A DNA stretch of 63,983 nt, counting the filler, from Octopus bimaculoides (lineage: Eukaryota): assembly GCF_001194135.2 (NCBI RefSeq). It is 7 parts of 5 records of this genome, joined end to end, with 100 filler letters (N's around TTAATTAATTAA, not from the genome) between each part and the next. Parts side by side here need not be neighbours in the genome. Positions count along the whole stretch, not along the records: positions 41,582 to 53,566 come from NC_068987.1; positions 53,667 to 62,797 come from NC_068994.1; positions 62,898 to 63,983 come from NW_026375071.1; 4 more parts are not named here. One strand, given 5' to 3'. A program made the position numbers and the translations under genes. Below are positions 53,162 to 63,983 of the stretch, piece after piece (positions within the stretch are counted from its first letter, which is position 1; every line of letters begins with the position of its first letter). Under the pieces are notes generated by a model. It saw only the letters and a list, made by a program, of their open reading frames with translations, was not told where the DNA came from and did not search any database.

Positions 53162-53434
53162 AATACACATAGACATATATTTATGTAAGTTTAAACTTTC
53201 GAGTTGCAATTATGAGCATATTATGAATAAATTCATAGTATATAAACTACAAGAAATATAGTAATTGTTTACATAACTACTACAACCTGCGTATATGCAC
53301 AGGTATATGCGTGCACGTATGTATGCATGTATATAAGTACGTATGTATGTAAATATTGATTTTATGTACACACACACACATCATCGCTTCCACCCTATAT
53401 ATATATATACATGTATATATATATATAGAGAGAG

Positions 53435-53469
<35 letters not shown>

Positions 53470-53566
53470 ATTTTTATAATAATTATTACCTTTGAGGTTT
53501 TTATTCCCATGCTGGCCACCTGATAAGACCGGTGTTTTAAATAAAGACCTTATCCTTATTTGTCTA

Positions 53567-53666
53567 NNNNNNNNNNNNNNNNNNNNNNNNNNNNNNNNNN
53601 NNNNNNNNNNTTAATTAATTAANNNNNNNNNNNNNNNNNNNNNNNNNNNNNNNNNNNNNNNNNNNN
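53567..53666. other. Artificial scaffold join (N44-TTAATTAATTAA-N44)
   Basis: Linker at 53611-53622. Confidence 0.95.
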
Positions 53667-54079
53667 AATGCTTGTCAAAAGAACAAGACAAGCGTTCCAA
53701 AATTATGTTTCTCGACATTTTTCAAATGTCAAGAAGGAAATTTTTGTATTTTGCTAGGGCCGAAACTTCCCCTGGGGGCCAATTCCTGCCCTTGAAAATA
53801 CACACAAATGAAGCCTAGGTGCTTCGCAACAAAATTATTTAAAAATTCCAACAAAATGTGGACAGTAAATGGTCAAATAAACGTTTACCTTCGCAGCCGA
53901 TGTGACAGCACGTCCGTGAGAAGAGATAGATAGATAGATAGGTAGATAGACAAATAGTTAGATAGACTGACAAACAGGTAGATAGATAGATAGACTGACA
54001 AACAGGTAGATAGATAGATAGACAGACAGGCAGACAGTTAGATAGACAGACAGGCAGACAGACAGACAGTTAGATAGAC

Positions 54080-54150
<71 letters not shown>

Positions 54151-54165
54151 CAGACAGTTAGATAA

Positions 54166-54222
<57 letters not shown>

Positions 54223-55479
54223 TAGATGTGTATGTTGTATGTGTGACTGTTTGAATGTATGTGTAATTATATATGTATATATATGGTATTTCCGTGTTCT
54301 GAGTGTGCTGCACTGATTTGGGTTACGCACCTCATCCCTGAGTCGATGACATGTTGACCTTTATCGAGTTTCTTTGTGGTTCATTGAACTAAACATCTAA
54401 ATTTACACTGGTCTCTATTCTTAGCCGGAATCTTTAAAATTTTATCTCTGCCATGTCAGTTCTGAAAATATCGTAGAAACTTTCACCAGCAATGCACTCT
54501 CTGCTATCACAACTACAACCACACCACCACCATCACACCTCTACCACCACTCCTCTACCATCACTCCTCCACCATCACACCTCTACTATTATACATCAAT
54601 CATCACCCCACTACCTCACACCACCACCATCACTCCTCCACCATTACACCGCCATCATCACCCTACCACTACTATACCTCTAACATCACACTCACACTGC
54701 TGCCATTACCCTCACTTTTACCACACACCCCACTGCCAACTACGCAAAAATTCCCCTAACCCCACACCTATCCTCCACTATTTTTCTGAATGTTTTTGTT
54801 TGCTTCTTTTACAGCTAAATCCAAAATATCTTTAGCAAACTAGTAATCACTGCGCAGTCGCTCCACCTACTAAAATAACGGCCAAATTTCCCTCAAATTA
54901 TAAGGTTTTTTTCTAATTAGAGTTATGCCTTACAGAAGCACGTGATAGTCAGTTGGAACACCTTTGATCTTAAGTTTGCTCAACAACAAATATCTGTGAT
55001 CCTGTTACCCGGAAATATTCCTGATTTTCTGAACAACTTCCAAAATAACAGAACATAGAAGCTAACAAGACTTCAAAAGTTGTTGACCAGTAAACAAATA
55101 AGAAAAAAATGCACCAATGCAGATCTTTTTTTGATTTTGGGGCCCCTTGTTTCCATTTGTAAAATGAACGCTTTGCAATCATGTGAAATACCAAGTGGTG
55201 TATATTGTTCATTATCGGAAACCTCCTGCTCCTGCTAAAAGTGGCTGAGGAAGGAATCACAAAAGTAAACAACATTGATAACTGGAGATAAACTATCATT
55301 TAAACAAAACATAGAATGAGGCATAAGTGTGTAAATGACAGGGCACGATGAAGAGTAAAATAGCAATAAATGTTGAGTGAATAGAGCGGTATGAAGCTGT
55401 GTGGATGTATTAGGTTGGAAAGAATGTCTCAAGAATGTCGTGTTTCAAGATAGGAAAGAAATATATATTTCTTTTGTCC

Positions 55480-56400
55480 TAATATTTAATCCAGATATTT
55501 CCCCTCATTATTGATAATATAATCCCTTCTATTTGTTCAAAGTGTTGATCCTTTCGGCGTAATATTTCTCAGGTTTCGAAGCAAAGAAATACTTAGTTGC
55601 AATGATCTGAAAAGATGATAGTGAGATGGAGCAAGATCGGGAGAGCAAAGGAAATGAGAAATTTTCCAGATTTAGAATCATAATCTTTTCTTGAATGACT
55701 TGGGCAATATATGGTCTTGCATTATCGTCTAAAAGCAACTCACTTTTTGGACTGACTGATGATGGGTACTTTTCTTCAAATTTTTGTGAAATGCTTCCAG
55801 TTGACGACAATACTGTTTCGCTTTGCTTTAAAACTTCATAATAGACGACACCCTACATATCCCATCAAGTACAGAGCATAACTTTTTTTAGAGTAATCCT
55901 AGTTTGAAGGTGAGTGTCCATTTTTCATTGGGTACTAACCATTGTCATTTTCGTAAGATATGATTATAGAGAACCCACTTTCCTTCACTTGTGGAAAGGT
56001 TTGGTTGCAAATCTACTCTTCAATGACGAGCAGAGGGCAACACTTTGATTAAGCCTAGTTGCAGTCAGATGATGAGGGATTCACTGATCAAGTTTAGACA
56101 CTTTTTCTAGTTCATGAAGGTGTATTATGATCAAAGTGTGACTTGAATCAAACTGTTTTGTTATCTCTCGCACTGTATGTTTTGGATTTTTCTCAACTAC
56201 GGTTTTCGAAAGTTCGTCAACAAGGAAAATCTGCAAGAGAACTTTCCCGACCGAAACTGGTCAAACCATCGTTGGCATGTCCTGACACTTACAACATCAT
56301 TTCTATAAACGGAAAGAATAGTTCTTGCAGAAAATCCCCTTTTGGATTCATACAGCATACAGAGTCTGATATGGCTCTAATTTGAATTCATCTTAAAAGG
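55480..56400 (-). pseudogene. Mariner (DD34D-type) transposase, near full length, decayed
   Basis: Minus strand across frameshifts gives VSVRTCQRWFDQFRSGKFS, IPHHL (WVPHEL-like), KWVLYN, KKVMLC, LLLDDNARPY, SPDLAPSHYHLFRSLQ, FFASKPEKYYAE and NEGKYLD*. Confidence 0.85.
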
Positions 56401-57462
56401 GTGCGAATTTGACCACTATAGTATGACCATTTAATCGATATGAATTTATATAGTATACTATAGTATAAAATGATTCACAAAGAAAGAAAGAAAGAAACAA
56501 ACAAACAAACAAACAAACAAACAAACAAACAAACAAACAAACAAACAAATAAAGAAAGAAAGAAAGATTGGAATTTAAAATTTAATGCTTATTTTACTGT
56601 AAATATTGAAAAAATATTCTCAAAGTGATCATGACAAAACTACGACAGGAATTTCTTTGCAATCTAATATCAACTATAATTGAATTAAGAAGGAATTAGT
56701 TCTTCGGTGGATTCAAGGCGAGAATAGAATGAGGACTGACAGACCGACCGGCGAGCCTAACTATACAGGAAGTTCTCACATCATACCGTAACCTTGTCAA
56801 ATAAAATAAATGGAAAAGTAGAGGAATTGAGAAAGCAAAAAATGAATCTTTCAAACAAAATAACACCCTCTCCACAAAATTGCTGAACTTACGCCAAAAT
56901 TAGAAACCACTGTTTCAGTTGAGTTGTAAACCAGTGGCATTATATAATACAGTCAAAGGTTTGATATTTCATTTAAAGAAAATTCTGTGCAATTGTATCA
57001 TTTAATACAGTCAGAAATTTTAGAATTCTGAAATTCTAATCATAAACAGTGAGTTACAGTTAAAAATTCCAGACCAGAATGACATAGTGACACTCATACT
57101 GTGCTGATTCCATAACGAAAGAAGAACATTCTCAGCAATTGAGTCAAGTTGACCTGAAAATCCTTATTGTAAATAGATGAAGGCTCCAGAGCCAAAGTAA
57201 AGAGAAAAAGCAGTTAAATTCGGTGAGAAATGTAGTTTAGTTTCTCTAGTGTAGATAGTGCCTCTAGATAACATCACAAGTACTGCTCGCTCCCCGCTAC
57301 GTCCCAAGTCTAATTATTTATATAGAATTACAATTTAACTAAATGTCCAATATGACGATCCTGCATTACCACTACAACATTGAACCATTGAGTTTATATG
57401 ACTTTAAGAGCTTCTAACAAAAGCTTTTAGATGTTTCTAAATAACAAACAATAAATGTCTGC

Positions 57463-57885
57463 ATAGGCACAGGCATGGCTATATGGTAAGAAGCTTGCTT
57501 CACAATCACATGGTTCCGGGTTCAATCCCACTGCGTAGCACTTCGGGCAAGTGTCTGCTACTATAGCTTCGGGCCGACCAAACCTTGTAAGGGTCTTTGG
57601 TAGACGGAAACTCAAAGAAGCTAGTCGTATAAATATGTGCGTGTGCGCGCGCGTGTGTATCTTTATATCTGTCTTTGTCGCCTCCCCCCTACCATCACGT
57701 GATAACCGGTGCTGATGTGTTTACGCCCCCGTAACTTAGCGGTTTGACCCAAGAGACCGGTAGAATAAGTACCAGGCCTTAAAAATATAAACACTCGGAT
57801 CGATACAATCGACTAAAAATTCTTCAAAGAGGTGCCCCAGGATGGCCGCACTCTAATGACTAAAACAAGTAGAAGATAAAAGAGA
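57463..57885 (+). mobile_element. SINE family A, apparently full length
   Basis: A-box TGGCTATATGG, B-box GGTTCAATCC, central (TG/CG)n, 3' tail AAAGAGGTGCCCCAGGATGGCCGCACTCTAATGACTAAAACAAG. Confidence 0.85.
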
Positions 57886-58471
57886 AACATCAAATTGTGA
57901 GTTGAGATAAATTATTGCAAGTAGTTTCTATTAAAGTAACCGGGATATATAGCTAAATATAGAGCTATGGTTTTAGCCAATGCTAAAGATGTTAACGACT
58001 AATGATATTTGAAAACTTCAGGTGTTTTGTCTTGTGGAGTGCTTGACTAATTTTAAGATATATCATAAGATAAGAAAATTTAACATTATTGACCAAAAGC
58101 AGCCAGCATCCCTAGAAGCAGTTGCCTCCCATCATGCGATATTTGAGGAACTTGTCAACGCACATTATCTTACAGCTGATCAAATTGGCAATATCCATAA
58201 AATTGGTTTCCACTGAAAATATTTTCAAGTTCCAATGAAAACAAATGACAGTAGCTTCAAACACAATGATGAACGATCTGGCGAACACTTTTAGTGATTG
58301 ATAATTCCATCGGAAATACATTTTCGTGTTATTTATGACCCAATGTCACTTCTCATAAAACAAAAGAGCTTCTGAAATTATCCAGAACTTCAAATGTAAC
58401 TGCAGTTTTGATTTCATAAAACAATCAATGCATTGATAAAATCCAAATGTCTCTACACAGTAAGTTACACA

Positions 58472-58634
58472 CGTAGGTATGGCTGGATGATTAAAAATCT
58501 TGTTTTGCAACCACGTGGTTACAGATTCAGTCCCAGTTATCCGGCATCTGGGGCAAGTGCTTTCTACAATAGATCCAGGTGGACTAATGCCTTGTGAATG
58601 AATTTGGTATACTGAAAGTGTGTGGAAGCCCGCC

Positions 58635-58637
<3 letters not shown>
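58472..58637 (+). mobile_element. SINE family A head, diverged
   Basis: GGGGCAAGTGCTTTCTACAATAG...GCCTTGTGAATGAATTTGGTA...GAAGCCCGCCG followed by (TA)n. Confidence 0.65.
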
Positions 58638-58683
<46 letters not shown>

Positions 58684-58711
58684 GGAGTAAGCACATAAAA
58701 TGTGCAACAAA

Positions 58712-58751
58712 ACTGTCCGATGAACGGGAACGTGAAACTCCGAGTAACAAT
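58712..58751 (+). ncRNA. Type I hammerhead motif with U4C substitution
   Basis: ACUGU-CCGAUGA-ACG ggaa CGU-GAAACUC c GAGUA-ACAAU. GNRA-capped helix II, quasi-palindromic helix III (ACUC/GAGU), helix I 4 of 5 pairs. Confidence 0.6.
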
Positions 58752-58792
58752 CTTTTGTTATATTTCTGCTGCTTTTGTAGTTGTACAATCTC

Positions 58793-59115
58793 AAGAAGAG
58801 ATATGGTAGTAACATATACTAAACAGTAAAGCAAGTAGCCACATCAAAGTGGCAGATGAATGTTACTACTAGTTTAACCCCAGGCAGATTCTCCACCAGC
58901 TGGTTTTTGGTACAAGCTCTGCACCCTTTATGTACAAAACATCGCTAGCAGGGGGAGCGAACCCCTACTACCCTCCAACAGCTGACAGGATGGCGAGACC
59001 GGCCGGTTTCGAGTTAGTTAGCTCACGTCAGCAGCGCGCACTTGCGCAGTTGAGTGAAGCTAAGAAGAGATAGAGCAGTAACGTATACTAAACAGTAAAG
59101 CGAGTAGCAGCATCA
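58793..59115 (+). repeat. Pair of about 54-bp direct repeats 270 bp apart
   Basis: AAGAAGAGATATGGTAGTAACATATACTAAACAGTAAAGCAAGTAGC vs AAGAAGAGATAGAGCAGTAACGTATACTAAACAGTAAAGCGAGTAGC. Confidence 0.75.
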
Positions 59116-59540
59116 CTTTTGTGAAGTTTTGTCAGTGAACAGGTTGGGGTTTCAAAACGACGAAAATATTTTGACAAAAATGAAATTTAAATGTTGAAGT
59201 GAAATTAACCGTTTTTGTGTGTTCTTGAATGGCTTACAAACATCTCTCACGCTGCAATTGTTTTTGTTTCAGCGCACGATCTCAGATCAAGTCACTTGCT
59301 ATGCAAGTACATCCCCGTAAATTTTTTAAATCACTGTGGGTAAATACCAGCAATGACCTTCTCAGGCTCTCCAATATTTTAATTTCTAAGCAGAAACAAA
59401 CAGGGGGAAGAGGGAGTGCGGTTGCAAAAAATTCATAATTTCTTAAATTTTCTTTTTTATAGCATATAAATATATTTAGGGGTGGGGTTGTACATTATTT
59501 ACATTTGACGGATACTTGTCCTCATCTTGTTAGTTATTAG

Positions 59541-59585
59541 CACAACGTTTCGACTGATATACCCTCCAGCCTTCATCAGGTGTCT
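59541..59585 (-). ncRNA. Type I hammerhead, intact core with an extra A after A9
   Basis: AGACAC-CUGAUGA-A-GGCUG gaggguauau CAGUC-GAAAC GUU-GUG. 5-bp helix II, loopless palindromic helix III (AACGUU), helix I CAC/GUG. Predicted cut between 59544 and 59543. Confidence 0.75.
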
Positions 59586-59633
59586 TGGAGAAATTTCGAA
59601 CCTGAGTTCTTATTCCTAAGGTATTTTTCGTTA

Positions 59634-59695
<62 letters not shown>

Positions 59696-59699
<4 letters not shown>

Positions 59700-59789
59700 T
59701 CACTGCCTGGAATCGAACTCGGAATCTTGGGGTTAAGAGCGCGGGCTACTAACCCCAAGATTCCGAGTTCGATTCCAGGCAATGACCTG
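59696..59789. repeat. 40-bp hairpin formed from a tRNA-like SINE head
   Basis: Arms 59696-59735 and 59750-59789 with one mismatch, 14-nt loop. The right arm carries a B-box (GAGTTCGATTCC). Confidence 0.9.
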
Positions 59790-62700
59790 GTGTCACAATA
59801 AAAACACTGGTAATTGCGCAACCTGATAATCACTACCTCATATGAGTGACAATGAAAAAACAAAATATTGTGAATGACGGTGGTAATGAAACTGAAGCCA
59901 ATGATGGTAACAGTGTTACACCCGGTAGGCTCGGAGATTCTGGTCCGTCTCCTGCCTGTCGATATCCAGAAAGGGACCACCACACGGCGTAGATAGAGCA
60001 AGCAAAGTAATGCTGTGGTCATGGTGTGTTACTACCTGAGCAACCTGGTAGATGAAAATGGTGTTCAAATTAGGGGTTACCGACAACGTATGTATAATCA
60101 TTGACAAGAAAAGGGATTGTTTCAACTCACGGAACAGAGACTATGTGATCAAGCTAGAGCAATAAGGAAACATTTTTGGTTCACAGAAGTAGAGCTCGAA
60201 GCTATTAAAAGACGGGTCGTGGAAAATAGCAGTAGAGATAACAATGAAAATACAGTTCTTAGTAATAAGAGTAATCCCATAGCACAGGAAAGGAGCAATG
60301 GTAGTTTACTTGATGAGAGACATATAGATGATCTAAAAGAAGACAATAAAACTAACAGCGACATGACAGATGAACAAAAGGCAATCTACGACAGAATAAA
60401 GGTAAGACTGCAGGAGAACGATAGTGACATTATTTGCAACCTTAAAAAGGTTGATCGATGGAAATTGAACCAAGAAACGAAAAATGTCAATCAAATTCTG
60501 AAATACATCAGAGCAAACAACATCACAGAAACAAATAATTTGATCAAGGCAGCAAGTATTGTTGTAGCAGAAAACGTGGGTGTTGATGTCAAGAAAAAGA
60601 AACATAATGGGAGTGACAAAAGAAAAGATCCATGGTGGAAAAGAAGAATCCAGGCAGGGTTAGACATGCTCTCGAAGAAAATCTCTGTGTTAGACCGAAA
60701 AGAGAAAGGGGAGCTAAAAAGCAAACAAAAATACAGGACACTGAAAAGGAAGTATAATATTGAAAGAAAGGGCCTGAAAGTAGTAGTAGAAGAACTGAAA
60801 CAGTGCCTCGTTGCAAAGAAAGCAAAGATGGTAAGATACAACCAAAGAATGAAGGGTTACNNNNNNNNNNNNNNNNNNNNNNNNNNNNNNNNNNNNNNNN
60901 NNNNNNNNNNNNNNNNNNNNNNNNNNNNNNNNNNNNNNNNNNNNNNNNNNATCTGGAGCAAAGACAAGGAGCACAAGAAGGATGCTGAATTGTTGAAAGA
61001 ACTGAAATAAACAGTAGTCTGTCCAAAACAGGCAGAACTAGTCATTTCAGTTAGGGAAGTGAAGGAAATCAGCAAAAAAATGAGCAACTGGAAGGCCCCG
61101 GGACCAGATGGAGTTCAAGGCTACTGGATCAAAAGATTTGGTGAATGTCATGCACAAATAGCTGCGCAACTCAACACCTTGTTAAATGCCGACCAAGGAA
61201 CACCAGAGTGGTTGACATTGGGTAGGAGAGTACTGTACCTGAAAAACATTGAAAAAGGCAATACGGTAGACAATTACACGCCGATATCCTGTTTGCCACT
61301 TATGTGGAAGTTATTGTCTGGAATACACGCAGAATCAATATACGAACATCTGGGGAAAAAAATAGAGTCCTACCACATGAGCAGAAGGTTTGCAAGTGTA
61401 AGTGCAGAGGTACCAAGGATCAACTCCTGATAGACAAAACTGTACTTAGAGACTGCAAGAGGAGGAAAAGTAAATTAGCTATGTCATGGATCTTCTATCG
61501 TAAGGCGTACGATATGATCCAACATTCTTGGATTATGGAGTGTATGTACCTATTTGGTATTGCATCGAATGTTGAGCGATTGCTTGGAAAGAGTATGATG
61601 AATTGGAGGACGGACCTGACAGCATACGGAAGAAGTTTAGGGACAGTAGAAATTAGGAGGGGCATCTTCCAAGGGGACTGCCTGTCCCCACTGATCTTTG
61701 TACTATGCTTGATACCACTAACAAAAATTCTGAGGAAAGCATAAGCTAGGTATGTATTCAAAAGCCGCCAGCAAAAGGTCAACCATTTGTTATTGAAGGA
61801 TGACCTCAAACTTTATGGTAAAGATGAAGCCCAAGTTAGTTCCCTCGTTGATATGGTGTACACCTTATCAATGCTGATATCAGAATGAAGTTCGGACTGA
61901 GAAAGTGTGATGTGTTTGTCTTGAAGAGAGGCAAAATCAAATGTATGGACGGACTAACCATACCGTCGGAGGTTATGAAGCAGATAGAAGAGATGGGCCA
62001 TAAGTACTTGGGGATTTTGGAAATGGATAAATTGATAGAGAAAGAAATGACTGAAAAATTTAAGGTGGAGTACTTGCGCAGATGGACTGATCCTTAAGTC
62101 GAAATTAAATGGACGGAATAAGATCGAAGCTATCGACACTTGGGCGGTTTCACTCCTTAGATATGGAGCAGGGGTAATCGCATTGACAGTAGACGAACTA
62201 AACAGCTTATACGGAAAGACAAGGAAGTTTCTAACTAGATATGGGTCTGTCCACTCAAAAAGTAACACAGACAGACTGTATGTACCAAGAAAAAGAGGGG
62301 GAAGAGGACTTATTGGATGTGAACGCAGCATTAGAGCAGAAGAAAACATCATAGCATGGTATGTAAAAAATGCCACAGAACCGCTATTATTAGAAATAGG
62401 AAGGTCAGGCTTGTGTAGAAAGATTGTAAAGATAAAGCACTATACAAGAAATTGAAAACGAACAAAACTGAAAATAGGTGGGTAAAGAAAAGAATGCATG
62501 GTCAATTTCATAGGGATGTTGAAGATAAGACAGACAGAGAAAAAAGATGGCTATGGTTGACTAAAAGTGATTTAAAACCGGAAACAGAGGCTCTAATCTG
62601 TGCTGCCTAAGAGCAAGCACTAAGAACAAACTACATAAAATACAGAATAGACAACACAGCAAAAAGTGATAAGAGCAGAATCTGTGGACAAAACGGTGAA

Positions 62701-62797
62701 ACCGAATGGCATATTACCAGCCAATGTACGCCACTAGCCCAGAAGGAATATAAGAGACACCACGACAATATAGACAGGCTTGTCCATTGGACACTCT
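59790..62797 (+). mobile_element. Dong/R4-clade non-LTR retrotransposon, near full length, inactivated, 3' end cut by a scaffold join
   Basis: N-terminal GYRQRMY and QRLCDQARAIRK; DPWWKRRI; KAPGPDG; [12 protein letters not shown]; [10 protein letters not shown]; YRKAYD; [10 protein letters not shown]; LLLKDDLKLY (YxDD region); KFGLRKC; KYLG; DRLYVPRKRGGRGL; knuckle remnant RICGQNGETEWHITSQC. Multiple stops and frameshifts. Confidence 0.92.
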
Positions 62798-62897
62798 NNN
62801 NNNNNNNNNNNNNNNNNNNNNNNNNNNNNNNNNNNNNNNNNTTAATTAATTAANNNNNNNNNNNNNNNNNNNNNNNNNNNNNNNNNNNNNNNNNNNN
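62798..62897. other. Artificial scaffold join (N44-TTAATTAATTAA-N44)
   Basis: Linker at 62842-62853. Confidence 0.95.
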
Positions 62898-63372
62898 TAT
62901 ATCATTAGATATTTACATAGACTGGTTTTGCTTATGCTAATCATCGCGAAGTAATTAGTGATAATCTTATAATTGGATACTATCATAACAGATATTTTGT
63001 AAATAAATCGGAATGTGAATAAATTTTAGGGGAGGTAGTCAGTGATTGTTATTACTAGAAGCAGGAGAAATAGACACTCTTTTGTTTGGAAAGTAAATTG
63101 ATAGTATGTTGATTGAAAGGATAAACATTTATGAACTAAAATATTTACATAGATATTCAGTGGGTGATGCTTTTCCTGCAAATCCACAAGGCAAAAATAC
63201 ACAAATGAGATGGGATTCTCACGGGGCACCTTTTACAGTATCATCCTGAGGGCCTCTGATAATGGAGTAAGACACAGGACTAATTTGAATTAAGTTCAAA
63301 CAAGTTCACCGTTATCAAAGCGTGCTGCACTATTCGAATGTAAATGCTACCCCTACCCAAACAACTTTATAA

Positions 63373-63762
63373 GCACTAATAACAGCAAGGTGTAAGGCCC
63401 AGAAAGCAGGAAGATATAGTGCAACAGACAACTGGCTTTGCAATAGTATTCAGTTGTCATTTGACACTGGTGACCTCTGTGGAGTGTATAAGAAGAGAAA
63501 GAAAACGATTAGAAATACTATGGACAAGATAGTTTCACTGAAGTTTGAAATATACGAGACCATCAAAGACAAAAGTAAGCAAAGGGAATGGTGGATGGAG
63601 GATGACTCCCGACTATACTCCATGGAAAACACTATTCATGATATTGTGCTGAACTCTGAGGAACTAGATGCATTGAGATCTGCTAAAGACAATCCTAAGT
63701 ACCTTATTGTTGGGATACAAAAGTTGGCTCCCAGTAACCATGATTCTGTAAATAACATTTAG
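63373..63762 (+). other. Stop-to-stop open frame of about 130 codons in non-repetitive DNA, unidentified
   Basis: ALITARCKAQKAGRYSATDNWLCNSIQLSFDTGDLCGVYKKRKK...QREWWMEDDSRLYSMENTIHDIVLNSEELDALRSAKDNPKYLIVGIQKL. Natural-looking composition, no motif recognised. Confidence 0.3.
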
Positions 63763-63983
63763 GGGAAAATGATGAAAACAATATCGCGTTATTTGTGAAG
63801 TACATTAAAACACATTAACTCTTCAAAATGTATAAAGGGGAAGTTTAATTTTAATTGCACGGGTGTAGTCAATAAGAGCTGGTCGATTTCATTATCATTA
63901 ACTGGAAAAAGACAACAAGAAGCAAAAGGACAAAATGAAACGTTGGACCTTACCTTGTCGACCGCAGCGGAGTACACGATCGC

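Noticed and set aside
60117-62455. Dong ORFs as an active retrotransposon or host gene
   Set aside because: Split by several stops and frameshifts, with an altered catalytic motif (LKDD) and the first knuckle Cys mutated.

Overview
AT-rich, gap-ridden eukaryotic genomic DNA, not prokaryotic. The microsatellite density and the recurring tRNA-derived SINE families point to an octopod cephalopod, probably Octopus (inference from pattern recognition, not a search). No confidently identifiable host protein-coding gene is present. Almost all ORF-track entries are artefacts of N gaps or microsatellites. The window holds: at least four recurring SINE-like families; Dong/R4-clade non-LTR retrotransposon copies (a near-complete decayed copy at 59.8-62.8 kb plus 3' fragments in (TAA)n arrays); CR1-group LINE fragments; Tc1/mariner remnants including a mariner MITE with intact TIRs; and six artificial 100-bp scaffold joins (N44-TTAATTAATTAA-N44). 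The most striking signal is a set of type I hammerhead ribozyme motifs with palindromic helix III, the architecture known from Penelope-like elements. One is fully canonical (1807-1849, minus strand) and lies in a 441-bp fold-back element carrying a hammerhead on each strand. Another sits in a composite of hammerhead, (TTA)n, a 40-bp tRNA-derived hairpin and a Dong LINE at 59.5-59.8 kb. Family labels A-D are my own working names. SINE and LINE boundaries are approximate.
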